A stretch of 32,000 bases of DNA, taken from positions 211,206 to 243,205 of the forward strand of contig NZ_OMOH01000002.1 of NCBI RefSeq assembly GCF_900289195.1, written 5' to 3'. The translations under genes were made by a program, and so were the position numbers. The notes beneath the pieces are model-generated. The model was not told the DNA's origin. It did no database searches and saw nothing but the letters and a program-made list of their open reading frames with translations. Source of the stretch: Propionibacterium ruminifibrarum. Its GTDB lineage: Bacteria > Actinomycetota > Actinomycetes > Propionibacteriales > Propionibacteriaceae. Below, piece after piece: positions 7,691-15,053 of the stretch. Numbering within the stretch: the first letter of the stretch is position 1; every line of letters begins with the position of its first letter.

Positions 7691-8257
7691 ATGACCGACC
7701 ACACCGATCACGCCGTCGCGCCGCCCCGCCACAGACTCGCCGAGTTCACCGGGCGAGGTTACGACAAGGGACGCGGAAGGCTCGTGTGCGCCGCGTGGGT
7801 GCTTCTCGCCGAGCCCATCCAGCGATCGGTGCTCGTCCCTCCCCGGCTGCGCACGCGCCTGCTGCGCGCCTTCGGCGCGAGGATCGGACGCGGCACGCTG
7901 ATCCGGCACGGCGTCCGCATCCACTGGCCGTGGAAGCTCACCGTCGGGCGTGACTGCTGGATCGGTGTCGGCGCACAACTACTCGACCTGGACCGCATCG
8001 TCATCGGCGACGACGTGTGCATCAGCCAGCAGGCCATGCTGTGCACCGCCTCGCACGACGCCGACGATCCCCGCTTCGAGATCCAGCTGGGGCCCATCAC
8101 CGTGGGCTCGGGAAGCTGGATCGCCACCCGTGCCACCGTGCTGCGCGGGGTCACCGTCGGCGAGGATGTCGTGGTGGGTGCGACCGCCCTGGTGACCAGG
8201 GACGTCCCAGACCGCACGAGGGTCCTGCCCCCCAGGCCGGAGGAGAAACCCCGGTGA
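7691..8257 (+). CDS. WcaF-like hexapeptide-repeat acetyltransferase
   Basis: ORF 7652..8257 begins with TTG. The preferred start is ATG 7691 (MTDHTDH...), with GAGGAG at 7672-7677. 'FGARIGRGTLIRHGVRIHWPWKLTVGRDCWIGVGAQLLDLDRIVIGDDVCISQQAMLCTASHD...ITVGSGSWIATRATVLRGVTVGEDVVVGATALVTRDVP' matches the WcaF-type colanic acid acetyltransferase layout. Confidence 0.7.
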   Translation: MTDHTDHAVAPPRHRLAEFTGRGYDKGRGRLVCAAWVLLAEPIQRSVLVPPRLRTRLLRAFGARIGRGTLIRHGVRIHWPWKLTVGRDCWIGVGAQLLDLDRIVIGDDVCISQQAMLCTASHDADDPRFEIQLGPITVGSGSWIATRATVLRGVTVGEDVVVGATALVTRDVPDRTRVLPPRPEEKPR

Positions 8258-10644
8258 GGATCCTGCAGATCGTCGCGGCAGTCAGTCCCGACAACGTCTA
8301 CGGCGGCCCCACGACCGTCGCCGTCAACCAGTGCCGTGCCCTGGCCGCAGCCGGTCACGAGGTGACGCTGGCCGCCATCGGCCTCGGCTTCGACGGCGAC
8401 CTGCCCGGCAGCTGGGAGGGCGTGCCCGTCCGGCTCTTCCCCGGCCGCAGGGTGATCCCGGGGGCCGGTTTCGCGGGCCTGACCAGCCCGGCCCTGCTCC
8501 GCTGGCTCACCCGGCACGCCCACGCATTCGACGTCGTCCACGTTCACCTGGCCCGTGACCTCGTCACGTTGCCCGCCGCCAGGATCGCCCAGCGCGCCGG
8601 GGTGCCGGTCTACGCCATGACGCACGGCATGATCGACGCCTCGGACAATCCGCTGGCCGCTCCCCTCGACGCGGCCATGACGGCACGGGTGCTGCGGAAC
8701 TGCGTCCGGGTCTTCCACCTCACCCGGCGCGAGCACGACGACCTTCGGTCACTGTTCGGCGATGGCCTGCGCCTCGCCGAGTTGCACAACGGCGTTCTCG
8801 TACCGGACCGTCCCCCCGAGCGCGATCCTCAGGCCGCGCCGACGGTCCTGTACCTGGCCCGCGTGCAGGAACGCAAGCGCCCCGGCACCTTCGTCGAGAT
8901 GGCCCGACGCCTGGCCGATGAATTCCCCACCGCCCGTTTCGTCATGATCGGCCCCGACGAGGGCCTCGGGGCCGAGCTGCGGTCGAAGATCGCCACGGCC
9001 GGGCTCGGCGACCGCCTGGTCTGGAAGGGACCGGCGACACACGCCGAGGGCATCCGCGCGATGGCCGAGTCCGACGTCTACGTGCTGCCCTCGGTCGACG
9101 AGCCCTATCCGATGAGCGTCCTCGAGGCCATGAGCCAGGGCCTGCCCGTCGTGCTGACCGACAGCTGCGGCCTGGCGCCGGTCGTCGCGCAGCACGACGC
9201 GGGCATCGTCACCGACGCCTCGGCCGCGCAGGTCACCTCCGCCGTCCGTGCGCTGCTCGCCGATCCGGCCGAACGCAGGGCCGCGGGGGAACGCGCCCAT
9301 GCCACGGCCCGCGACGAGTTCGGCATGGCGGCCATCGCCCAGCAGCTCGTCGACGCCTACTCGCTGGGCGCCCCGGACGCCGGGCGGTCCCCCGCCGCCG
9401 GGCCCGACACGGGTCGGCGTCCCGGACCGCGGAGAGTGCTGTTCGTCGGTATCAACTACGCCCCCGAGAGCACCGGTATCGCCCCCTACACCACGGGCAT
9501 GGCCGAACGGCTGCTCTCGGCGGGCCACCGGGTGCGGGTCATCACCGGGGTGCCCCACTACCCCTCGTGGTCGAACTTCACCGGGATGAGGGGGCTGCGC
9601 CGGCGCGAGCGCGTGCACGGTGTCAGCGTGCAGCGCATACGCCACTACATCGGTTCGGGCGGCCATGGACTGGGCCGCATCGGGCAGGAACTCAGCTTCG
9701 GCGCCGGTGCGGTCACCAGTTCATGGCGGGGTGCCGACGCCGTCGTCGCGGTGAGCCCGGCCCTGCTCGCCACGGCCTGCGTCGTGGCCCGCGCCAGGGC
9801 AGGCGGCAGGCCGGTGGGCGTGTGGGTGCAGGACCTCTACTCCTCCGGCGCGGCCGAGATCGAGAGGGCCGGGGTCGTCTCGCGGCTGCTCACCCGGGTC
9901 GAGTCCTGGGTGCTCGGCCATGCCGACGGCGTGCTCGTCATCCACTCGCGCTTCCGGGATCACGTCGTGAACGTGCTGGGCGTCGATCCCGACAGGGTCG
10001 CCGTGTGCCGCAACTGGTCCCACGTGGACACCGACCGGCACGACGAGGAACTGGCCGCCGCGTTGCGCCTCAAGTACTTCGGCGACGCCCCGCTCGTGGC
10101 CCTGCACACCGGGAACATGGGCGCCAAGCAGGGCCTGGAGACCCTGGTCGACACGGCCCGGTACGCCGAGCGGGCCGGTTCGCGCACGATCATCGCCCTC
10201 GTCGGCGACGGCTCGCGCCGGGAGGCGCTCATGGACTACGGCGCCGGTGCGCGGAACCTCGTCTTCGTGCCCTCACTGCCCGACGAGGAGTACCGCGCGA
10301 TCCTGTCGGCCGCCGACGTACTCGTCGTCAACGAGAAACCCGGGTTGCGCGAGATGGCGGTGCCCAGCAAGCTCACCACCTACTTCCGCAGCGGCAAGCC
10401 CGTTGTCGCGGCGACCGAGTCCGACTCGGCCACGGCCGACGAGATGGCCGCCGCCGGGGCCGGTCGGGTCGTCCCCCCGGCCGATCCCGCGGCCCTGCTC
10501 GCGGCGATCGAACAGGCTGCCGCCGACCCGGCGGGCTGCCGGGAGGCCGCCCGCAGCGCACAGCGTTTCGTCCACGACAGACTCACGGTCGAGGCAGCAG
10601 TCACGACCATGCGCGACTGGTTGTCCCAGATGACGAGTCGCTGA
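8254..10644 (+). CDS. fused bifunctional glycosyltransferase with two complete GT4 (GT-B) modules; the C-terminal module is WcaI/WbuB-like
   Basis: GTG 8254 is GTGA-coupled to the WcaF-like stop and gives 'MRILQIVAA...'. Module 1 carries EX7E ('EPYPMSVLE'). The linker is '[23 protein letters not shown]'. Module 2 opens with the WcaI-type N-terminus '[45 protein letters not shown]' and contains '...[17 protein letters not shown]'. No in-frame stop occurs anywhere from 8017 to 10644. Confidence 0.7.
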   Translation: MRILQIVAAVSPDNVYGGPTTVAVNQCRALAAAGHEVTLAAIGLGFDGDLPGSWEGVPVRLFPGRRVIPGAGFAGLTSPALLRWLTRHAHAFDVVHVHLARDLVTLPAARIAQRAGVPVYAMTHGMIDASDNPLAAPLDAAMTARVLRNCVRVFHLTRREHDDLRSLFGDGLRLAELHNGVLVPDRPPERDPQAAPTVLYLARVQERKRPGTFVEMARRLADEFPTARFVMIGPDEGLGAELRSKIATAGLGDRLVWKGPATHAEGIRAMAESDVYVLPSVDEPYPMSVLEAMSQGLPVVLTDSCGLAPVVAQHDAGIVTDASAAQVTSAVRALLADPAERRAAGERAHATARDEFGMAAIAQQLVDAYSLGAPDAGRSPAAGPDTGRRPGPRRVLFVGINYAPESTGIAPYTTGMAERLLSAGHRVRVITGVPHYPSWSNFTGMRGLRRRERVHGVSVQRIRHYIGSGGHGLGRIGQELSFGAGAVTSSWRGADAVVAVSPALLATACVVARARAGGRPVGVWVQDLYSSGAAEIERAGVVSRLLTRVESWVLGHADGVLVIHSRFRDHVVNVLGVDPDRVAVCRNWSHVDTDRHDEELAAALRLKYFGDAPLVALHTGNMGAKQGLETLVDTARYAERAGSRTIIALVGDGSRREALMDYGAGARNLVFVPSLPDEEYRAILSAADVLVVNEKPGLREMAVPSKLTTYFRSGKPVVAATESDSATADEMAAAGAGRVVPPADPAALLAAIEQAAADPAGCREAARSAQRFVHDRLTVEAAVTTMRDWLSQMTSR

Positions 10645-10646
10645 CC

Positions 10647-10678
10647 CCGGGCCCCGCTCGGCCCCGTGCGGGGCCCGG
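10647..10678 (+). terminator. GC hairpin (10-bp perfect stem, 12-nt loop) just after the GT stop; possible attenuator or partial terminator ahead of gmd
   Basis: CCGGGCCCCG (10647-10656) pairs with CGGGGCCCGG (10669-10678). The hairpin starts 3 nt after the stop at 10642-10644. No U-tract follows (the next bases are tgaaacaaaccc). Confidence 0.35.
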
Positions 10679-10715
10679 TGAAACAAACCCATATCCCCTA
10701 CCGAAAGTCACCCCC

Positions 10716-11789
10716 ATGGCACACCGCGCATTCATCACCGGTATCACCGGCCAGGACGGCTCCTATCTCGCCGAGTTCCTGCTCTCGAAGGGATACGAGG
10801 TGCACGGGCTCATCCGCCGGTCGTCGAGCTTCAACACGCACCGCATCGACCACCTGTACCGCGACCCGCACGACGAGTCGGCACGTCTGTTCCTGCACTA
10901 CGGGGACCTGTCGGACGGGGCGCGCCTGGTGACCCTGCTGCACGACATCAATCCCGACGAGGTCTACAACCTCGCCGCCCAGTCGCACGTCCGCGTCTCC
11001 TTCGACGAACCCGAGCACACCGCCGACACCACCGGCGTCGGCACGGTCCGCCTGCTCGAGGCAGTGCGCCAGTCGGGCATCGGGGCCCGGTTCTACCAGG
11101 CCTCCACCTCTGAACTGTTCGGTGCGACGCCCCCGCCGCAGAACGAGACCACCCCGATGTACCCGCGTTCGCCCTACGGCGCCGCGAAGATGTACAGCTA
11201 CTGGGTCACCAAGAACTACCGCGAGGCGTACGGCATGTTCGCGGTCAACGGCATCCTGTTCAACCACGAGTCCCCGCGCCGCGGCGGCACCTTCGTGACC
11301 CGCAAGATCACCCGGGCCGCGGCCGCCATCAAGGCCGGCCAGCAGGACGTGCTCTACATGGGCAACATCGACTCGATCCGGGACTGGGGCTACGCCGCCG
11401 AGTACGTCGAGGGCATGTGGCGCATGATGCAGGCCGACGAGCCCGAGGACTTCTGCCTGGCGACCGGCCGGGGCACGACGGTCCGCGAGTTCCTCGACTA
11501 CTCCTTCGGCCACCTCGACCTGGACTGGCGTGACCACGTGCGCTTCGACGAGCGCTATCTGCGCCCCACCGAGGTCGACGCCCTCATCGGCGACCCGACG
11601 AAGGCCCACGACAAACTCGGCTGGCACGCGCAGGTCGACGCCAGGGGTCTGGCCGAGATCATGGTTGACGCGGACGTCCAGATCCTCACCCACCACACCG
11701 ATCCGTGGATCGACGTCCCCCGGACGTCCTGGGCCGACCGGATTCCCCGGGTCGAGGCGACCTCCGAGACGGCGGGGGTGCGGGCATGA
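10716..11789 (+). CDS. gmd: GDP-mannose 4,6-dehydratase
   Basis: ATG 10716 lies inside ORF 9567..11789. '[27 protein letters not shown]...YGDLSD...[10 protein letters not shown]...[11 protein letters not shown]...[11 protein letters not shown]...[22 protein letters not shown]' is near-collinear with E. coli Gmd. Confidence 0.95.
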   Translation: MAHRAFITGITGQDGSYLAEFLLSKGYEVHGLIRRSSSFNTHRIDHLYRDPHDESARLFLHYGDLSDGARLVTLLHDINPDEVYNLAAQSHVRVSFDEPEHTADTTGVGTVRLLEAVRQSGIGARFYQASTSELFGATPPPQNETTPMYPRSPYGAAKMYSYWVTKNYREAYGMFAVNGILFNHESPRRGGTFVTRKITRAAAAIKAGQQDVLYMGNIDSIRDWGYAAEYVEGMWRMMQADEPEDFCLATGRGTTVREFLDYSFGHLDLDWRDHVRFDERYLRPTEVDALIGDPTKAHDKLGWHAQVDARGLAEIMVDADVQILTHHTDPWIDVPRTSWADRIPRVEATSETAGVRA

Positions 11790-12796
11790 CCGGCGTGGAC
11801 TACACCCCGGCACCGATCGACCGGGACGCGGTCACCTACGTCGCCGGGCACCGGGGCCTGGTCGGCTCGGCGATCTGGCGCCGTCTTGAGCAGGAGGGCT
11901 TCAGCCGCCTGGCCGGCTCGAGCCATGCCGAACTGGACCTGACCGACCGGGACGCGGTCTTCGCCCACTTCGAGGCCGTCGGCCCCCGGTACGTCATCCT
12001 GGCCGCGGCCAAGGTCGGCGGCATCCTGGCCAACGACACCTACCCGGCCGATTTCTGGTCGGTGAACCTGCGCATCCAGACCAACGTCATGGACGCCGCG
12101 CTGGCCTGCGGCACCGAACGCCTGCTGTTCCTCGGCTCCTCGTGCATCTACCCGAAGCTGGCCCCCCAGCCGATCACCGAGGACCGCCTGCTCACCGGTC
12201 ACCTCGAGCCCACCAATGACGCCTACGCGATCGCCAAGATCGCCGGCATCATCGGCGTCCAGGCCGTTCGTCGCCAGTACGGTCTGCCGTGGATCTCGGC
12301 CATGCCGACGAACCTGTACGGTCCCGGGGACAACTTCGCCCTCGTCGGCTCGCACGTGCTGCCCGCGATGATCCGCCGGTACGACGCGGCGGTCGCCGAA
12401 GGGGCCACGCGCATCACGAACTGGGGCACCGGCAGGCCGCGCCGCGAGTTCCTGCACGTGGACGACATGGCCGACGCCTGCCTGTTCCTCCTGGACAACT
12501 ATGACGGCCCGACCCAGGTCAATGTGGGGACCGGCAAGGACTGCACCATCGCTGAACTGGCCGGCCTCGTGGCCGAGGCCACCGGCTACACCGGAGAGGT
12601 CGTCTGGGACACCACCAAGCCCGACGGCACCCCGCAGAAACTGCTCGACGTGAGCCTGCTGACCGGTATGGGCTGGCGGCCCCGCCACGGCCTGCGCGAG
12701 GGCATCGCCGACACGCTCGCCTGGTACCGGGAGCACCGGCAGAGCTTCCGCGACAGCGACACGGAGCAGCCGCGCAGCGGCGAGGGGCACGCGTGA
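11786..12796 (+). CDS. fcl: GDP-L-fucose synthase (GDP-4-keto-6-deoxymannose 3,5-epimerase/4-reductase)
   Basis: ATG 11786 is ATGA-coupled to the gmd stop. '[18 protein letters not shown]...[18 protein letters not shown]...[17 protein letters not shown]...[14 protein letters not shown]...[12 protein letters not shown]...[10 protein letters not shown]...[13 protein letters not shown]' is collinear with E. coli Fcl/WcaG. Confidence 0.93.
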   Translation: MTGVDYTPAPIDRDAVTYVAGHRGLVGSAIWRRLEQEGFSRLAGSSHAELDLTDRDAVFAHFEAVGPRYVILAAAKVGGILANDTYPADFWSVNLRIQTNVMDAALACGTERLLFLGSSCIYPKLAPQPITEDRLLTGHLEPTNDAYAIAKIAGIIGVQAVRRQYGLPWISAMPTNLYGPGDNFALVGSHVLPAMIRRYDAAVAEGATRITNWGTGRPRREFLHVDDMADACLFLLDNYDGPTQVNVGTGKDCTIAELAGLVAEATGYTGEVVWDTTKPDGTPQKLLDVSLLTGMGWRPRHGLREGIADTLAWYREHRQSFRDSDTEQPRSGEGHA

Positions 12797-14403
12797 TCGG
12801 CGGCCCGTGGGTCGACCAGTACCCGCCGGCGACCGAGACGGTCCTGCCACCGGTCACCGACGACATCGTGAGTCATCTCGGTCTGGAGACGGTCGACCCC
12901 GACCGGATCGCGATGCGCTGCCACGGGCGCACCCTCACCTACGGACGGCTCATCGAGGCTCACCGGCGCGTCGCCGCCGGCCTGGCCGGCGCCGGCCTCG
13001 GGCCCGGGGATCGGGTCGCCGTCATCGCCGGCACCGGGCCCGAGCATCTCATCGCGCTGCTGGCCGCCCTGCGCCTCGGCGCCATCGTCGTCGAGCACGA
13101 CACCGCGGCGACCTCCCACGAGCTGGCCGGCCTGTTCGCCGACCACGGTGCGCGCCTGGCATTCACCGACCCCGAGGTGGCCCCCCGGGTGCCCGGTGAC
13201 GTGCGGACCGTCGTCCTCACCGGGGAGCACCGGGCCGCGCCGGCCCACCCCCCGGGCTCTCCGGTCTGGGCAGATCTGAGCGGGCACGCGCCGCTCGGTG
13301 ACGAGGCACCGCGGCCCGCGCCGCAGGACACCGCGCTGCTGCTGTACACCTCGGGGTCCACCGGCCGGCCCAAGGGGGTGCCGTTCACCCACGCCATGAT
13401 CGGCCATGCGATCGACCAGAACCTCAACTTCTTCCGCATGCAGGGCCGTGGGGACGGCCGTCACTACCTGACGCTGCCGCTCAACCACGTCTTCGCGCTC
13501 GTGGATCAGCTGTTCAGCGCGCTGGCGCGCGCCGTCGAGCTCATCGCCTTCCGCCGGGGCGACATCGACGCCGTCGTGGCGGCCGCTGCGACCCGGCCGC
13601 CACGCAAGCTGGGCACCGTCCCGCCCGTCCTGGACGCCATCGCGGCCGGCGCGGCCAGGGCGGGCGTGCGCTTCGACGACCTCTACGTCGCCACCGGCGG
13701 GCTGCCCCTGACCCGGCGCACCGTCGACGCGTGGCTGCGGATCAGCGACAGCCCGCCCGTCAACGGCTGGGGCATGACCGAGTCCTGCGGCTACGGGCTC
13801 ATGCCCCTGCCCGACCCCGCCCGGGTGCCGGCCGGCAGCTGCGGGGTGCCACTGCCGGACCTCGACGTGCGGGTCTGCGACCCGGCCGATCCCACTCGCG
13901 AACTCGGCGTCGGCGAGACGGGTGAGCTCCAGCTGCGGGGACGCCTGGTCTTCGGCGGCTACTGGAACGACCCGCGGGCCACGGCCGAGGCCTTCACCCG
14001 CGACGGCTTCCTGCGCACGGGTGATCTGGTGAGCATGGACGGGCAGGGATTCTTCTTCTTCCACGGACGCCTCAAGGAGATCATCTCGGTCCAGGGCGAG
14101 AACGTCTCGCCGGTGGAGGTCGAACGAGTGCTCGAGGCCGCGCCGGGCATCGCACGCGCCTTCGTCTACCCCCGCGAGACGACGCCGGGGGTGAACATCC
14201 TCCTGGCCGCCTTCACCGCCGCCCCGGGAACCGCCGCCGACCCGGATGCCGCGCTCGCCCTGTGCGCCGAGCGGCTCGCCCCGTACAAGGTACCCATGCG
14301 CCTGACCCGGGTCGATACGCTGCCGCTGTCCGCCGCCGGAAAGCTGCGGCGCGACGTCGACGGACAGGCCTGGACGCGCGCGCATCGGGTGAGGGGGCAC
14401 TGA
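12793..14403 (+). CDS. adenylate-forming (ANL) enzyme, FadD-like acyl-CoA/acyl-carrier-protein ligase
   Basis: GTG 12793 is GTGA-coupled to the fcl stop. The N-terminus has a FadD-like 'WVDQYPP'. Core motifs are 'LLLYTSGSTGRPKGV', 'GWGMTES', 'GELQLRG', 'FLRTGDL', 'HGRLKEIISVQGENVSPVEVE' and the C-terminal 'AAGKLRR'. Confidence 0.85.
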   Translation: MIGGPWVDQYPPATETVLPPVTDDIVSHLGLETVDPDRIAMRCHGRTLTYGRLIEAHRRVAAGLAGAGLGPGDRVAVIAGTGPEHLIALLAALRLGAIVVEHDTAATSHELAGLFADHGARLAFTDPEVAPRVPGDVRTVVLTGEHRAAPAHPPGSPVWADLSGHAPLGDEAPRPAPQDTALLLYTSGSTGRPKGVPFTHAMIGHAIDQNLNFFRMQGRGDGRHYLTLPLNHVFALVDQLFSALARAVELIAFRRGDIDAVVAAAATRPPRKLGTVPPVLDAIAAGAARAGVRFDDLYVATGGLPLTRRTVDAWLRISDSPPVNGWGMTESCGYGLMPLPDPARVPAGSCGVPLPDLDVRVCDPADPTRELGVGETGELQLRGRLVFGGYWNDPRATAEAFTRDGFLRTGDLVSMDGQGFFFFHGRLKEIISVQGENVSPVEVERVLEAAPGIARAFVYPRETTPGVNILLAAFTAAPGTAADPDAALALCAERLAPYKVPMRLTRVDTLPLSAAGKLRRDVDGQAWTRAHRVRGH

Positions 14404-14404
14404 G

Positions 14405-14839
14405 ATGGGCGTCGGGATCGACATGGTCGACGTCGCCGAGGTGACGAGCGCCCTCGAACGCCACGGCAGGCACTACCTCGACCGGGTCTACGCACCGGCT
14501 GAGCAGGCCGAGACGGCCTCGATGAGTCCGCGCCGGATGCGCGAGTACCTGGCCGGGCGGTTCGCCGCGAAGGAGGCCGTGCTCAAGGCGCTGCGGCCGC
14601 CGCCCTGTGCGGCGGCCGCGCTGACGCAGATCGTGGTGACCGGGGCCGGGGGTGCTCCCCGCGTCGAGCTCGCCGGGAACCTGCTCGCGTGGTGGCGCTC
14701 GTCGGGGCACGGACCGGTGGACGTGTCCATCAGCCACACCAGGGTCATGGCGGTGGCCGTGGCCCGGACGGATCAGGGCCCGGGGCCCGGCACACAGGAA
14801 GGGGACGATGATGAGCAGGACGGAGCAGACGGTGCGTGA
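14405..14839 (+). CDS. acpS: holo-[acyl-carrier-protein] synthase (AcpS-type 4'-phosphopantetheinyl transferase)
   Basis: The ATG lies 1 nt after the ANL stop. 'GVGIDMVDVAEV...', 'LAGRFAAKEAVLKAL' and 'VSISHT' are the classic AcpS motifs. The acidic/Gly tail overlaps the next gene by 32 nt. Confidence 0.85.
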   Translation: MGVGIDMVDVAEVTSALERHGRHYLDRVYAPAEQAETASMSPRRMREYLAGRFAAKEAVLKALRPPPCAAAALTQIVVTGAGGAPRVELAGNLLAWWRSSGHGPVDVSISHTRVMAVAVARTDQGPGPGTQEGDDDEQDGADGA

Positions 14840-15053
14840 GGCGCTCGCCGAGGTGGGCAACCTGGACGAGGACGCGATGAGCCTCGCCGCGGACGCCTCG
14901 CTGGCCGACGCGGGACTGACCTCGCATGCGGCGGTCAGCCTGCTGCTCGAGATCGAGGACCGGCTCGGCATCGAGTTCCCACCCGAGCAGATGACGCCGG
15001 AGACCATGGCCTCGATCCGTGCGATCGAGGCGGGGATCGAGGCGCTGTCATGA
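14808..15053 (+). CDS. small stand-alone carrier protein (ACP/PCP-like, 81 aa)
   Basis: ATG 14808 lies inside ORF 14652..15053 and is preceded by AGGAAGGGGA. The four-helix-bundle-like sequence has its candidate phosphopantetheine site at 'ADAGLTSHAAVSLLLEIEDRLGIEF' (Ser codon 14922..14924). It sits between a PPTase and a carrier-protein ligase. Confidence 0.75.
   Translation: MMSRTEQTVREALAEVGNLDEDAMSLAADASLADAGLTSHAAVSLLLEIEDRLGIEFPPEQMTPETMASIRAIEAGIEALS

Noticed and set aside
8017-8253. Upstream extension of the glycosyltransferase ORF
   Set aside because: It overlaps the WcaF-like gene out of frame. The GT4 N-terminus (RILQIVAA) begins at GTG 8254, which is GTGA-coupled to the upstream stop.
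9567-10715. Long N-terminal extension of the gmd ORF (ORF track start 9567)
   Set aside because: The extension overlaps the second GT module in another frame and translates to Arg/Pro/Gly-rich sequence. Homology to Gmd begins exactly at ATG 10716 ([15 protein letters not shown]).
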